Shown: positions 39,961 to 52,772, numbered from the whole stretch's first letter. The stretch is 61,681 nucleotides of DNA, filler included, from Bipalium vagum (GCA_037834085.1; 3 parts of 3 records of this genome joined end to end with filler, not necessarily neighbours in it); one strand, 5' to 3'. A program made the numbers and translations. Notes: generated from the letters alone by a model not told the origin.

Positions 39961-40669
39961 GTAAATCCGAAACGAACGTCCATGCAAGTACAAGATCTGA
40001 TCCTGAATATGCCGTACGTTGTGCACATTGCTGCTGTCACTTGTCAGGGTGAGGGTATCCGATCAGCAGGGCTACTGTTAACGGCCTCATCATCGATCAT
40101 GACAATGAGCCCGATACTGATCGATAAAAAGTTTGCCAGTGCTCATAGTGACAAATCGGTACAGGCTTCCGTAACGAAGCAGCCTTGGTTTATCGCCATC
40201 GTAATTATTGGCACTTGTCTGTGGTTTATGATCTGTGGTTTCATTTTGGTTGTTTGTCGAAATATGTACTTGCGCGGTCTGATTTACAAGTCGGGTTACT
40301 CGAATGGAACAAAGCTCATTTCAAACAATGCAAACGGCCAGCCTCCTGACAGATCATGTAACAATCGTTTGACGGCCAGCGATCATCAATCAGCTTCTGT
40401 TGTCTATAGCAATTGTAACAGTCACAACACGAACAGCGCAAACTCGAGTGGGGCCGCAGTTGTCTACAGAGATTCCATTAGTCTTCAACCGCTCATAGCT
40501 GCCCCGGCAAATGCCAGCAGTAACAAGGAATATAAATCAAACACAACTACAGTAACAGACACTGCCACCAATTCTTCTTCAATGCTCAGTCCCATTATTC
40601 CCAGAAATAATCCAAGAAAATTCCAAGACTCCAGTTCGGGGAGTAACAGTACATGCAAAACTTCAAATA
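39961..40669 (+). CDS. robo: Roundabout coding exon 2 (end of FN3-3, transmembrane helix, start of cytoplasmic tail)
   Basis: Acceptor ttcag| in frame with exon 1; YVVHIAAVTCQGEGIRS completes FN3; Robo-type QPWFIA before the TM; phase-1 donor A|GTTAGT. Confidence 0.9.
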
Positions 40670-40674
40670 GTTAG

Positions 40675-40677
<3 letters not shown>

Positions 40678-40718
<41 letters not shown>
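40678..40718. repeat. (ATT)n microsatellite just after the exon 2 donor
   Basis: Perfect triplet run. Confidence 0.9.
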
Positions 40719-43700
40719 TAGAATAATAACGATCATAATAGTAATAGTAATAATAATTATATAATATAATTTTTATTGATTTTTTATTTATATTTTTATG
40801 ACTAAATATTATTATTATTTCAATTAAAAAGAATAATAATTATTAAATAAAAAAATAATAATACCTGAAAGCTGTTCCAATCCATGTAATATTAATCAAT
40901 ACAAAAGTACTGTCTCAAAAAACAAACAGAAATCTTTTCTCAGTACATTTCGATTTTAATTTTGAAAAAATCGATTTTGGCCGAGTGATCTGAGAAAGCA
41001 GTGCTGACGAATCCATTGGCATAGGGAGTAGTGGGAACTTTTAGCAGAGTGCCCGTAAAAAGGAAGTGACAATTTTGGTATTGTCAAGCCCGGCCCTGGG
41101 TCGATATTTTGACAATTTTTCTCCAACGTCCCGAAAGATTATCGACGTTTATTGTTGAATTTCAATGTTTACTGATGCTGGTGCTGTTGCTGGAATGTCA
41201 AATACATATCTCCGTGCTGGTGAGATAGGACGGACACTGTAGACGATTTCCCATAAATTATTACACTCCTGGCCTTTTATCTTGTCTTGTTTTGGTGATG
41301 ATTGACCGACCGACATGGAAATGAATTTCCTAAGATTTTTGCTGGGATCTCTTCTTTTATCAGCGATCAATATCTGATAAGCTCTTGTCCCTTTTTTCTA
41401 ATTATCTGAACTAATTTTTGAAGAAATATCTGAATTCATTAATGAAATATAAATCATTTTAATATTATCAGCACATTAATTATTATTTTTAGGAATATCA
41501 TAAAAATGTAATTATAATTATGGGGAGTTTAACAGGTCGTGGATATTTCTGATTTCCAATAATTATAAATAAAATGGTAATTAAATAACCTTAAAAATCA
41601 GAATAAATACTTAAAAATGAAGTTAAAATCATAAATTTTTAATTTATTTATAATAATAAAGAATTTTAATTAAATCAATATTTAGATAATTGAATTTTAT
41701 ATTTAAACTTAATCAATAAATAAAGAATAAAATTCCCATGGTGTGGTAATTAAAATATTTCCAAGCTTCAGATTTGGAACGGCATAAAAACTAATAAATT
41801 TATGGTCAAAAAACCTTTGGTAACATGACAAGAACCATCATTTTTTTATTTTTCTTAATAATTTAGTTAATTATTATAAATAAATAATCATTAAACGAAA
41901 TTAATATTGCCATAATATTACTAATAACGTTTACATATTACTAGTAATATATTAATTCTAATTCGTAATAAGTGTAAGAGATTTATATAATAATTTAATA
42001 ATTAAAAAAAACTTTTTAAATCTTTGTTTTTTAATTTTTTAATTTAAAAATAATTAGAAATAATATTATAAACATAAAGGCATTATAAAATAATATTTAT
42101 CATTTAAACTATTATAATAAAATATTTATTATATTATAAATTAAATAATTGATTTTATTTTTTTATTTATTAAATAAAAATAACTAACAAAATATTTTAA
42201 ATAATTAGATTTATTATTTTAATCAATTATAAATTATGCTGTAATATTAGAAGGGTTTCACTTAAGAAAAAGTTGACAGGGTTAATATTATTTCATTAAT
42301 TAAATGAATGTAATTTCATTTTTTAAAAGTTAATTAATAATTAATTAATTTTTATTTATTTCAATTAATAATTGATTTTTTTATTAATATTAACTCATGT
42401 TAATTAATATTAATTTTATTTTATCGGAAATTTTTCCACTTTATTTTTCCTGGCCGTTTCTTGTAAATTTCCGTTTCTCATGGGTTTTTGCGGAACTTGA
42501 TTTCCTGTCGCCCGATAATTGTTTTCCACAACCTTTACCGAAATCCTTTCCCACATTCTCCGTCAATTAACTCTCTGCTGGTTTTTCCACCTGTGTCGTC
42601 TGTGCTTCGTGATAGGGCTCATGTTTCATCGTTGTTTACATTAACTCGTTCAATAATAATGTGATTCAATCCCGTCAGAGACTGACGGGAAAAAATATTA
42701 TTTACATTTCCTTCACGTCGTATTTTCCATGGCAAAAAACTAATGTAATCCAAGACCAAAGAGATGCACACCAGTGGTACACAAATCACGTCCGATTGAT
42801 ATCTGCTCTTGTCACTAAAGAATTTTGCGTCGACAAAACACACCAAACGCCGTAACACTCACCAGCACGTTCCGGGACTCGTCAACTCGGGAAATGACGG
42901 CAATCATAATAACAAGCTTTGACATCTCTCTCTTTATACTAGCACTATTGGCTTTCTTTCATTCATTCATTGATTTTAGCACCGCAATTGAGCAGCGTAA
43001 CTTTAGCCATCATGAGATGGCACATCCTCGCACCGGTGATCACTCTCGATACCACCGGTCACTATCGTTTTACCAAATTGTTCAATGTCGTACGTGTTGC
43101 AACGTGCTGTGTTGACTGTCACGTAACTCCTGGTCGATTATCATTAATTGCTATATAAACATATTCATATCGATTTTCACCATTCTCTTCTCTGTCTGCT
43201 CTGTGTCTAAGTATGACGTCGATGGTCGTGGTGGTAGTAGTACCAGCAGTATAATTGATCTAGAAAATTTACGACTCTCGTCTGGCTTGATAGCGGTGAT
43301 GGTCGCTTTTTCTTGAACAATGGTCTCTCCGGATATCTGGCTGTGGTGTGGAGCAGGTGACCTTTATGGCAGCTTTGTCTGCTTAATGGTTCTAATCCGT
43401 TCCTGAAGTCCATTAATGAAAGCCATCGGTCTTATCGAGAGCAATAAAATAGTGTATTGATATCAAATTGGTAATGTGTCTCGCTGGAAACCATTAGGCC
43501 AAGCACTGTCACAGGCACACAAGAACATAAGAACTGCGCTCAGTTTGTTCTCAAGACCCTTGAAAGCAGAAATGAACGCGCTGAAATTATATTTTAAAAA
43601 TTTATTATATTTTTTACATAATATTTATAAATAAATATTAATGGTAAAATCAAAGTTTAAATCATTATTGTTCTTATTACATATTAAAAAGAGAAGGAAT

Positions 43701-43842
43701 ACAAATAGTTTTCTCCGACGATTTTCTCAAAATTACTAAAAATATAAAATATTATTATTATTAGATATAAAATATTTCATAATTAATAAAAAATGTGCAC
43801 AATAAATAATAATAATTACCCTGTAAAAATTAACCGAAACAG

Positions 43843-44052
43843 TCGTCAATATTCCCTCCAACAACGTGGAACCTTATGCAAGCACCTCTTTGCTCCATCA
43901 AGTCATTGGCAGTGGAGCTATGAACAATCACAGCAGCCCCGTCTCCTACCCCGTCCACAATAATTATCTCGTGCAGTTCTCAGACTCCAGCGCCATGGAC
44001 AACAGTTCCAGCTCTCAGAATAACTCGACGAATTGGTCACTTAACACTCCAA
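43843..44052 (+). CDS. robo: Roundabout coding exon 3 (CC1 motif)
   Basis: Acceptor aacag| is phase-compatible with exon 2; EPYASTSLL matches Robo CC1 (PYATTxL); probable donor A|GTTGGT at 44053. Confidence 0.8.
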
Positions 44053-45536
44053 GTTGGTCTTATTTTTTCGAAAAAAATATTTATAAAAATTACATTTTAT
44101 TTTTATTTATTCAATATTTTATTATTATTATTATTATTATTATCGATTATTGATTATTGATTATTAAATTTTTTATGAGAATTTAGGGAAGACGATTTTA
44201 TACTTTCTTCGCAATATTTTTAAAATTTGAGTGATCAGATATAATAGTTATTTATTTTCATTGAATTATTATTATTTTTTGTTCACAGGGTTTTTAATTT
44301 AAATAGATTTTCTTTTAATTTAAAATTGAATTAATTTTAATTGATTTTCTTTTAATTTATTGGTGATAATTTTGTTGTGTTGTCTCCTCCAACCTTAGCA
44401 CTCCTCTCTTCTCTACGGTATTCCTTATAGAAACGTTGAATACTTCTGCAGTGCTCTATCGTGTATCTTTCTCACTTTCAAGGGTCATTTCTCATTATGA
44501 AAATATTTTATATTCCCTCTTTTGTTTACACTACCTGACATACGATCTAAAACCATGCAAAGATGATATGAAAAATGTCAGTGTAAATATATATAAACAT
44601 GGAAATCATCAAATTAATGATAAATGAAAATCAATGAAAAATCGAAATCCTTAAACAAATAATCGATTTGAATTAAAGTTAAATCTTCCCCAGTTAAAGC
44701 AAATCTTTTTAGACCAAAACCCCTTCATAAAGCACGAGGATGTGTACTTAAAGATGTTACAGATTATTTTTGACCTCATTAATAATATTTATATTATTTT
44801 ATTTTGCTTAATTTATTATTTAATTTACTTTTCAAATATTATGGCCTTGTTTAACAATAATAATATTTTTACTTATAATTTGTTGGTGATGCCACAGGTA
44901 TTATTTGTTGTTTTAAAATTTTTCTGTTATCCCTTACGAAATGTAATGAGAGAGAGTTATTGATTTCTTTCACAATTACCAAGGAGAAACTTTCGAACAC
45001 ATATGAATATTGTGAGTTACCCCGGTGTCCGTGACATCCCCTGCATTTCCTTTGCCAAATATTGATCTAAAAGACCTGCCAGAAATGAAGTCACATTGAG
45101 AAATGAAATCCATTTCCAACAAAATTAATCTTCTCTCAATTATTATTGTTGTTGGCAGTCGTTGACTGCTTGTTACGATTCATTAGCGATTGATGTGGCT
45201 CCATTTCCGACCTCTTTCCAGGTGTCCCCTCCCTCTTTCATGTTGGCTTCTCCTCCATGCTCAAAGGATAACAAATCCCCGTGACCTGAATGACCACGGT
45301 TCCATTCCTTTAAAATGTTGCCTATTACACAATAAAATCATTAATTTTACTTTTTTTTACTATATATCAGATATTTATTAATATTTTCAATAGTTATTAT
45401 CTTCCCTCATTTATTAAATTTTTATATATTTCGTAATTTAATAATTTAACATTTTCCTTTTTTATCGATTTTTTTAAAATCATTATTAAAAAATATAGAA
45501 ATTTTTCTAAAATTTTTTAAAGATTTATATTGATTT

Positions 45537-45636
45537 NNNNNNNNNNNNNNNNNNNNNNNNNNNNNNNNNNNNNNNNNNNNTTAATTAATTAANNNNNNNN
45601 NNNNNNNNNNNNNNNNNNNNNNNNNNNNNNNNNNNN
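45537..45636. other. Artificial contig spacer (44N-TTAATTAATTAA-44N)
   Basis: Identical to the first spacer. Confidence 0.97.
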
Positions 45637-47010
45637 ATAATAATAATAATAATAATAATAATTTACATAGTTTAATCCTTTAAAGGAATTGAAATAGGAA
45701 TGAAATAGTTAATGATACACTAAGGACCATTTAATTTATCCTGTAATGTTAGTTAAAACTCGTTCACCAGTCCACGAAAAGGAAACAGATTTGAACTTCA
45801 GAAATAACAGATGACTTTCATTTTCATATTACTATTTTTATGGATTTATCATTTTTTGTATAGATAAAAGTGAATTTGTGCCTCATTTGGCTTTTAGAAA
45901 ATAAAAGGGACTTCGGAATAAGCGTGACAACTATATTTTTATGACAATCACATAAAAGTGAATTTTTGTTTAAAAATATCAACTTCTAGCAAAATGAAAG
46001 TAAAAAAATAATATTTGAAAAATAATAAGGATTTGGCTCATGAGTCCATTATATTTATTTGATGACTTAGTTTTACATACTGATATTATTAAATATTTTA
46101 TTATAAGTTTTCATGTTTAATGAACTATTTGTTTAGGTTCTGGGTTTCGGCTTTTTGAGAGGTAATAAATTTTCAATTAGATATTATTTGGAGTTTTTCA
46201 TGTTTTCTGACGAAATTATTATAAAAATATTTTCTTAAAATATTTTAAATAAATATTAATATAATATAATATATATAAATTATATAAGATATGTATTTTA
46301 TTATGATATATATTCTATCAGAATATATAAAAATTAAATAAAATTATAATAAAAGAATACTATATTCAAAGTACAAAATTAATTACTTCCACATTATTAT
46401 TATTATTAATTGTAAAATAATAAACTAATGCATTTTATTTTTCTAATTTCGTTCAAAATAATACTTTTTTATTATGATTATTATGATTATTATTAATATT
46501 ATTAATATTATTTATATTATTATTCACTTTCATATAAAAATACATTTCCCTATTAGAAATTATAAACAATAACTACCTATGGACACCATGACAACAATAT
46601 CCAAACATTAAGAATATGTTTCCAAACACCAAATTACAAGTAGCAATTAATGGAAGAAGTCTTCTGAAATTAAGTACCTACTAAGTTGCTTTTTAATAAT
46701 CCCTAAAAATTAAAATAAGTAAATCAATGTGCTTCCTCTTTGTACGCAAACTGTATCAGCTTTAATATCATCACAGATATTGACAGTTCATTGCTTGGTG
46801 AATTACCATAGGAAAAGCTTATCTATTAAACTGAGAGCAAGAAAACAAAATATTTTTTTAAGTTACGAGATAAAAAAATTTTCTATTTCTTTTAGAAAAA
46901 ATTTATATAATCTATGTTAGATTTATTTTACTTCTTTTTAATTTGACATGGTTATTAAATATATATTATATAATGTATACGTATAGTAATAATACGGGTT
47001 TCTAAAATAT

Positions 47011-47230
47011 TACAGGGTGACCAGAAATAACCCGTCCTTAAAGTTTCAGTCATTTTACATAAAAACTAACATTTATTATAACAATTTTTATAACATATAT
47101 TTTTTTCACAATATTAGCTAACATAATTAAAATAGTTGAAATGATGTGAGTATAATAGCAAAATGCTTCACTCGATCTGTAAGGTATTTCCTTGTGAAGG
47201 TCACGTCTGTAAAACGAAGTGGACTCTCGT
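47011..47230 (-). mobile_element. Tc1/mariner terminal fragment
   Basis: TA|CAGGGTGACCAGAAATAAC TIR-type end next to a decayed transposase-like C-terminus. Confidence 0.45.
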
Positions 47231-48084
47231 TAATTGTTTTTTTTTATATGGAGATTAATTATATAAGTAGAGCAATATCAGCAGACTGTAAAAAAATGAA
47301 TTTTTCAAAAGAAGGTTAGAGTTGGTATTCGTCAAGATATGATAGGATATTTAGAAAATTTTCCCGCTCTATCATAGAGATTCAAAAAGTGGCAGCCGAT
47401 AATATTTTATTACATGAGAGGACAGAAGAAAATCTGATGGCAAAAAGCTTTGATCAGATATATTTCTACTGCAGATATGTATTAGCCAATTTGAAAATAA
47501 GGCTGAATTGAGAAGATTGGAAATTGTTGAAGATATTAAAGATGTCGATAAATTATTTAATGAAATTCACAAAAGAATTTGGAACAATTTAGCTCTGTTA
47601 GGAGGTATTGTATGTAGCTTTGTTAATCAGTGCAGATTATATCAGATTATTTTGTATGCATATGATCGTCACTGAATTAATGAATGCTCAACCAAAAGAT
47701 TAATGAAATGTGGAACGTGTAAAGATTGGAACATATCAGCAGGCCTTGTGCTAAAAAAGTCTTTTGGGTTTTGCTTGTAAAAAATGATGGTACGTACGTC
47801 GTAAATTTTCAGAGTATAAGTCTCACAGACATGAAAGTACTGATCTTCAAACTTTAGAATGTGTAAGGGTCATAAAACCCATAAAACCCATTCCTAAAAT
47901 GACAAATTATTTAATGAAATTTGCAAAAAAACATTCGGATTGATTGAAACTAAAGTAGTTCATTGACTTTCGGTTTTAGAATTGCAATATTTTAAAAAAT
48001 TTTCATTCTATAATTAAAAAATGAGTTCTTATTTTTATGTTGTTGAGGTGAGAGATCCGGTTGATATATAGAACTTGAAATTGA

Positions 48085-48250
48085 GATCAGCCCAAATACG
48101 AAAATTTCAATTGGATATTGAAATCATTCATGGAGTAAGTGCTTATTTTGATGGACTGGATCAATCTTTTTATAAATAAGGAATTAATAAATTTGAGAAA
48201 CGTCGGATGAAGTGTATAAACCTACTTGGGGGTTATGTTGAAAAATAAAC
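48085..48250 (+). mobile_element. mariner transposase C-terminal fragment
   Basis: AYFDGLDQSFYK*GINKFEKRRMKCINLLGGYVEK*. Confidence 0.8.
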
Positions 48251-48266
48251 TTAGTTCTGTGTAAAT

Positions 48267-48940
48267 ACAGTGCGACACAAATTTATTTATGCACCAATAA
48301 AATTTTTTTTATTTTATAAATTTATTTGTTTTAATTTGTTTTAATTTTGTAAAGCCAAAAAATCAAAACCAAATAGATATTTTTATGAAATGTATTTTAT
48401 TTAACTGTGAGGAATAGTGTTAGCCAAATTGTCACCACTTTGTTGAACACAAAAATATGGTCTTTTAGTTGAACCTTCCGTAATATTTGCCCAGGATTTT
48501 TTGTGAAATTTGAGATATTAAAAGCGAATGTTGGATTTGAACTATTCCAGGTTATGTGGTTAATTAACACACACTTTTTCTTTAAAATACCTCTAAAGAA
48601 AAAAATCTGAAATCGTAATATCTGGTCATGAAAAATTTGAAAATTTCGATATTAATCGATTTTGAAATTTTTTTTCAAAATTTTTATAGTGGCTTGTACA
48701 TATTGAGAAATAACCCCATCTTACTGGAACAGTATGTTATTTTCCTTTTTCAATTGCGGAAACGAAACTTCTGAAGCATTTCCCATTATATTTCACCGTT
48801 TTCTACTTTCAACTGTCAATCATGATCTTCCAAAACCGATAAAACTAAATATTTAAATATATTATTAAAAGACGAGATTGATAAAAAAATATTCAAAAAT
48901 TGCTTGGTTCACCAAAGGTACAACTCGGTGGGATATAATA
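48267..48940 (-). mobile_element. Internally deleted rosa-like Tc1/mariner relic
   Basis: TA|CAGTGCGACACAAAT end; minus-strand PDITISDFFL*RYFKEKV and CVQQSGDNL motifs. Confidence 0.6.
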
Positions 48941-49351
48941 ATTTAATAAAAATAAATATAATAATAATAATATTTATAATATTAATAAAATCTCAATAAT
49001 ATTATTAATATTAATTACATTTATATTACTTAGCAATCAACAGGATCTAATGACCTTTTTATCAAATATATTTATATTAATGCCTCTAAATTAAATATTT
49101 AAATTATCAGTGAAAATTATTTACACTTTTTGTTAGAAAATATTTGTGTCAGATCATTTTTATTATATTATTGTCGGTATAAATTCTTTATTTTAAAGCA
49201 TCATTATTATTATTATTATTATTATTAAATTTATTATTAAATTTATTATTATTAAAGTAATAATATTATTATCAATATTAATAAAATGTCAATCTTATTA
49301 AATATGAAAAATAAAGGAAAACCTACAGTTTTCATAACATTTTAATGTTAG

Positions 49352-49626
49352 CTGAATGGTGTATGAATGTTCCCAGTATTCCATTTTCAAAGATGACAGG
49401 GATCGGAACCTATCTTTCTAGTGCTGTTTCAACGGATAGAACGCTTTGCGGAAATGAATGTTACAGTCTTGGTATGACCTATGCAGCGGTTTGGAAGAAT
49501 ACTTATTGTTTCTGTTTGAACGACATCAAAGACACCACAAACATTACAGACTTAAGCAAGTGCTCCTCATCAGATGGTCTCTTTGTTAATGTTGTAGCCA
49601 AAACTGATAATACGTTATACAACTAC
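49352..49626 (+). CDS. Polycystin-1-like protein, WSC-domain exon
   Basis: CGNECYSLGMTYAAVWKNTYCFC...SKC fits WSC; ttag| acceptor and |GTATGT donor. Confidence 0.8.
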
Positions 49627-49675
49627 GTATGTTTTAATAAGGTTTTGTTGAAATTATAAATTTATTTCAATAAAG

Positions 49676-49897
49676 ATCAAGTTCCAACCCGTTGTTAACA
49701 CAAATTCAATTAGTTTTACACCTGATATCTATTTTGTTGAACCAAAGGAAACCAAAATAGGATTTCAGTACAGTTATGATGATAGGAATAATATTTGGGA
49801 ATACAGTTCGACAACGACTCCCTTAGAAAGAAATGTATATAGTCCGGGTGTTTACGAAATACGAGTTCAAGGAGTAAAACAAGATACATTATCAAAG
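49676..49897 (+). CDS. Polycystin-1-like exon (PKD-like, YSPGVYEIRV)
   Basis: Open 74-codon phase-0 exon between a 49-nt and a 44-nt intron; absent from the ORF track. Confidence 0.8.
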
Positions 49898-49941
49898 GTA
49901 AAAAATATTACAATGATTATTTTTATTGTTTTTTTGACCAG

Positions 49942-50122
49942 CTTACCGAAACAAGCGGACAGTTTCTTTTTTACGAAAAAATATCTAACATGAATTTAAC
50001 TTGTCAGCCTTTGGGTATAATGTATCTTTTAGCCGACTGTTTTCTTACACTAAGTTCTGGAAGTAAAGTTATTGGGAATGTGACAATAGACGGTGTCCTT
50101 ACTGAAAGCGTATCATTGCCTG
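49942..50122 (+). CDS. Polycystin-1-like exon
   Basis: ccag| acceptor in frame; G|GTAACA donor. Confidence 0.78.
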
Positions 50123-50165
50123 GTAACAATTATTATTTATCAAAAATTTTTATTTCTGCGATCAG

Positions 50166-50329
50166 ATATACCATGGGAACGAATTGGCTCGGTGCCGTAT
50201 TTTTTTAAAGGAACTTTTACACAACTTTCTAAAGCAGGCATTAATATTGTTAATTCAGTATTTCAGAATCCTGGAATTGTTTCATATATTGAGATATATG
50301 CTGCCCAAGTTTCATCTATTGATATTTTA
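50166..50329 (+). CDS. Polycystin-1-like exon
   Basis: Follows a 43-nt phase-1 intron; donor |GTGAGT. Confidence 0.78.
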
Positions 50330-50732
50330 GTGAGTTCGCATTTTGTGATACTTGATTTAAAAGAAAGTGAGAGTGGGTATCAAAAAAAACGATAAATTAT
50401 TTTAATGTAATACAAATAATAGTAAAATATAATAAAATTAATAAACTTAAATAATATAATAATACATAATATTTATAAATAAATAATTATATTCATAATT
50501 ATAATTATATATTATTATAAAAATTTTATTAAATCTAATTACAATCAAAAAATTAATTTTAGTATTATCATTATATTATTAAGTTTGGGAATTTTTTATA
50601 TCAGTAACAAAATTTTAATAAATTAAATTATTTTAAAATATTTTATTAAAAATTCTATTTATTAAAATATTTCTTAATCGATTTTTTGCAATTATTGATC
50701 ATAACCAAATTTATTAAATTTCTCATATAAAG

Positions 50733-51202
50733 CTTTTGCAACCGAGCTGTCCATCTTATTATTGTCTCTCAAATACAAATTGCAACTCAAATCCATTTTG
50801 TTCAAGACAATTTCAGTGCAGTCAGACTTATTGTCCTTTATCTTTGGGATGTTCTGAAAATTGTAACAATCGTCTGTTGAACACCGAAAATATAACAACA
50901 CTGTCTGTTGATTATAAAATAGTGGAAAAATTTACTCAGAATTTGGCTAAAGTTGGGTATCAGACAATAACTCTCACTACTCCGTGGTCTGTGAATGCAG
51001 GCTACAGGATCGCCTTTCATTCCCAGAGTACCGATGATGTAATTGCTTCTACCACTGTTAGACCGGGCGAAGTGGGAACCTTTTACTACAATTTCCATAC
51101 AACAGCTGTTGGAACAAATCTGCAAGCCAGTTCATTTTCATTTGTGAACATCGCTCATCAATTTTCAGCCATCTCCCGGCCTTTAAGAAATATCAAATTC
51201 AA
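50733..51202 (+). CDS. Polycystin-1-like exon with a Cys-rich segment
   Basis: In-frame aag| acceptor; phase-2 donor AA|GTAATT. Confidence 0.78.
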
Positions 51203-51330
51203 GTAATTTGATGAATAACTGTCATTGACATATGATTATTATTTATTATTTTTAAAACTATTAATTATTATCTATTATTATTAAATTTCAAATCAAATTT
51301 TTAATATTTATTGAATAAAACTGATTACAG

Positions 51331-51512
51331 GTTTATGTTTAACTCCACCGGTAAAAGAACTGTTTCCATGAATTTCCAAACACAAGACAAAGTGGATGTT
51401 CAAGTATCCTCAAGCATTCAAATCGGGCTCGACATTAATGATACCTCTTTATCCAGTGCTCCAGTAACCGTTACAGATACAAATTACATGTTTATTATGA
51501 ATCCACACACAG
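51331..51512 (+). CDS. Polycystin-1-like exon (PKD repeat part)
   Basis: tacag| phase-2 acceptor; FNSTGKRTVSM; G|GTTTGA donor. Confidence 0.78.
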
Positions 51513-51630
51513 GTTTGATTCATTATTGCTAGCTTCTTTCAGAAAAAATTAAAATATGACTGCAATTTTAATCAAAATAAATAAATAAATAATAATAATA
51601 AATAAAATATAATTATCAAAATTGTAACTA

Positions 51631-52772
51631 TAGATTGCTTGTGAAGTTATGAAACCGAAAATAAAATGTGATTTTCTTAATGAAAGTATTATTATTGAAG
51701 TCTCTTAACAATTCAATACACTTAGTCTAGTTGTTCGCCAGTAATTCTATGTTAAGCTCAAAGAACTATTCCGAAAGTGTGCAAAATACTGATCTACGAC
51801 TGCTATATCTTATTCATTTGATAAAAGATGCTTCCCAAAAGAAATTGATTTATGTTTCTGAAAAGGTAGAAGACAGTTGTAGCCAAATCTGCGAATAAGG
51901 TAGTTGTTCAAACAAATAATAATTTCATTCTTTTAGCTTTGCCATTGACAAAACACTTGTATGAACACGTATAATATTTCTAATAAAAAGATGTTTATGT
52001 CTTCTGTAAACCAGACTTGTTTGGACGCATCATTGTATCCATTAGGTCTAAAAGACTTGTATTTTCCTTAATTAATACGTTTCTCATAAAATTTTGGTTA
52101 CCCTCATTTTCTTTACTGTTTTTCTCTTCTCAGCTGCTTGTTAATGAACATCCAGCCCCATCCCAATGTAGACTTTCTCATCTCAATTAACAACAAAACA
52201 GTGGGAAATCTCAGTTTCGTCCATAGCTATGAGACGACGCATAAAAGTCTTTTTATTTTTATTAAAAGATACAAATGGTGCTCTTCAATTTGCTATTTCA
52301 AGAGATAGGTAAGAATGAGCACCTCTTTTTCAAATGCAAATCTTTCAAACTATGACGAACTTGCTTGTATGAGATGAAAAAGGTTTTAACAATTTAAGGT
52401 GTAGTCACACTTTTATCTTAAAGTACAATTTCATCAATATTTTTCAAATAATTCCGAGGTTGAGGCACCTTTATGAGGTCTACTGCGTGCATCATCTTCG
52501 ATATTTCTTTGACATTTGAACTCCAAACCCCACAGTGAAAGTCAAATCCCTCTAATAATTCAAGCATTTCACTGAGATGTTCAAATGCAATTATTCCTTC
52601 CAGAACAAAAAAAAAATCAATTTTTCGATACTAAAAGTAAAAAAGACAAATAAAAATCATTTATGTGCTGAACAGTAATATATGATTTGTTTAAACCAAA
52701 TTTTACGTTGAAATATATTTTTTTCAAACCTTGTTTCATGGGTGTTGCTTATATAAATTTACACACAACCTA
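51631..52772 (-). mobile_element. Decayed irritans/Himar-like mariner in an intron
   Basis: Degenerate TIRs (tagattgcttgtgaagt / atttacacacaaccta); DDARSRP, RLIAMDETEI, VDQYFA and TKCIEL motifs. Confidence 0.8.

Noticed and set aside
43212-43316. Possible alternative robo exon (YDVDGRGGSSTSS...)
   Set aside because: The open frame is phase 0 but the upstream donor is phase 1, giving an immediate stop; no other support.
43427-43438. CGGTCTTATCGA resembles part of the planarian spliced-leader exon as I recall it
   Set aside because: Only 12 nt match, with no downstream leader sequence, donor or Sm site; compatible with chance.
49137-49176. Candidate small upstream exon of the polycystin-1-like gene
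   Set aside because: AG/GT bounded and phase-compatible, but too short and AT-rich to support without transcripts.
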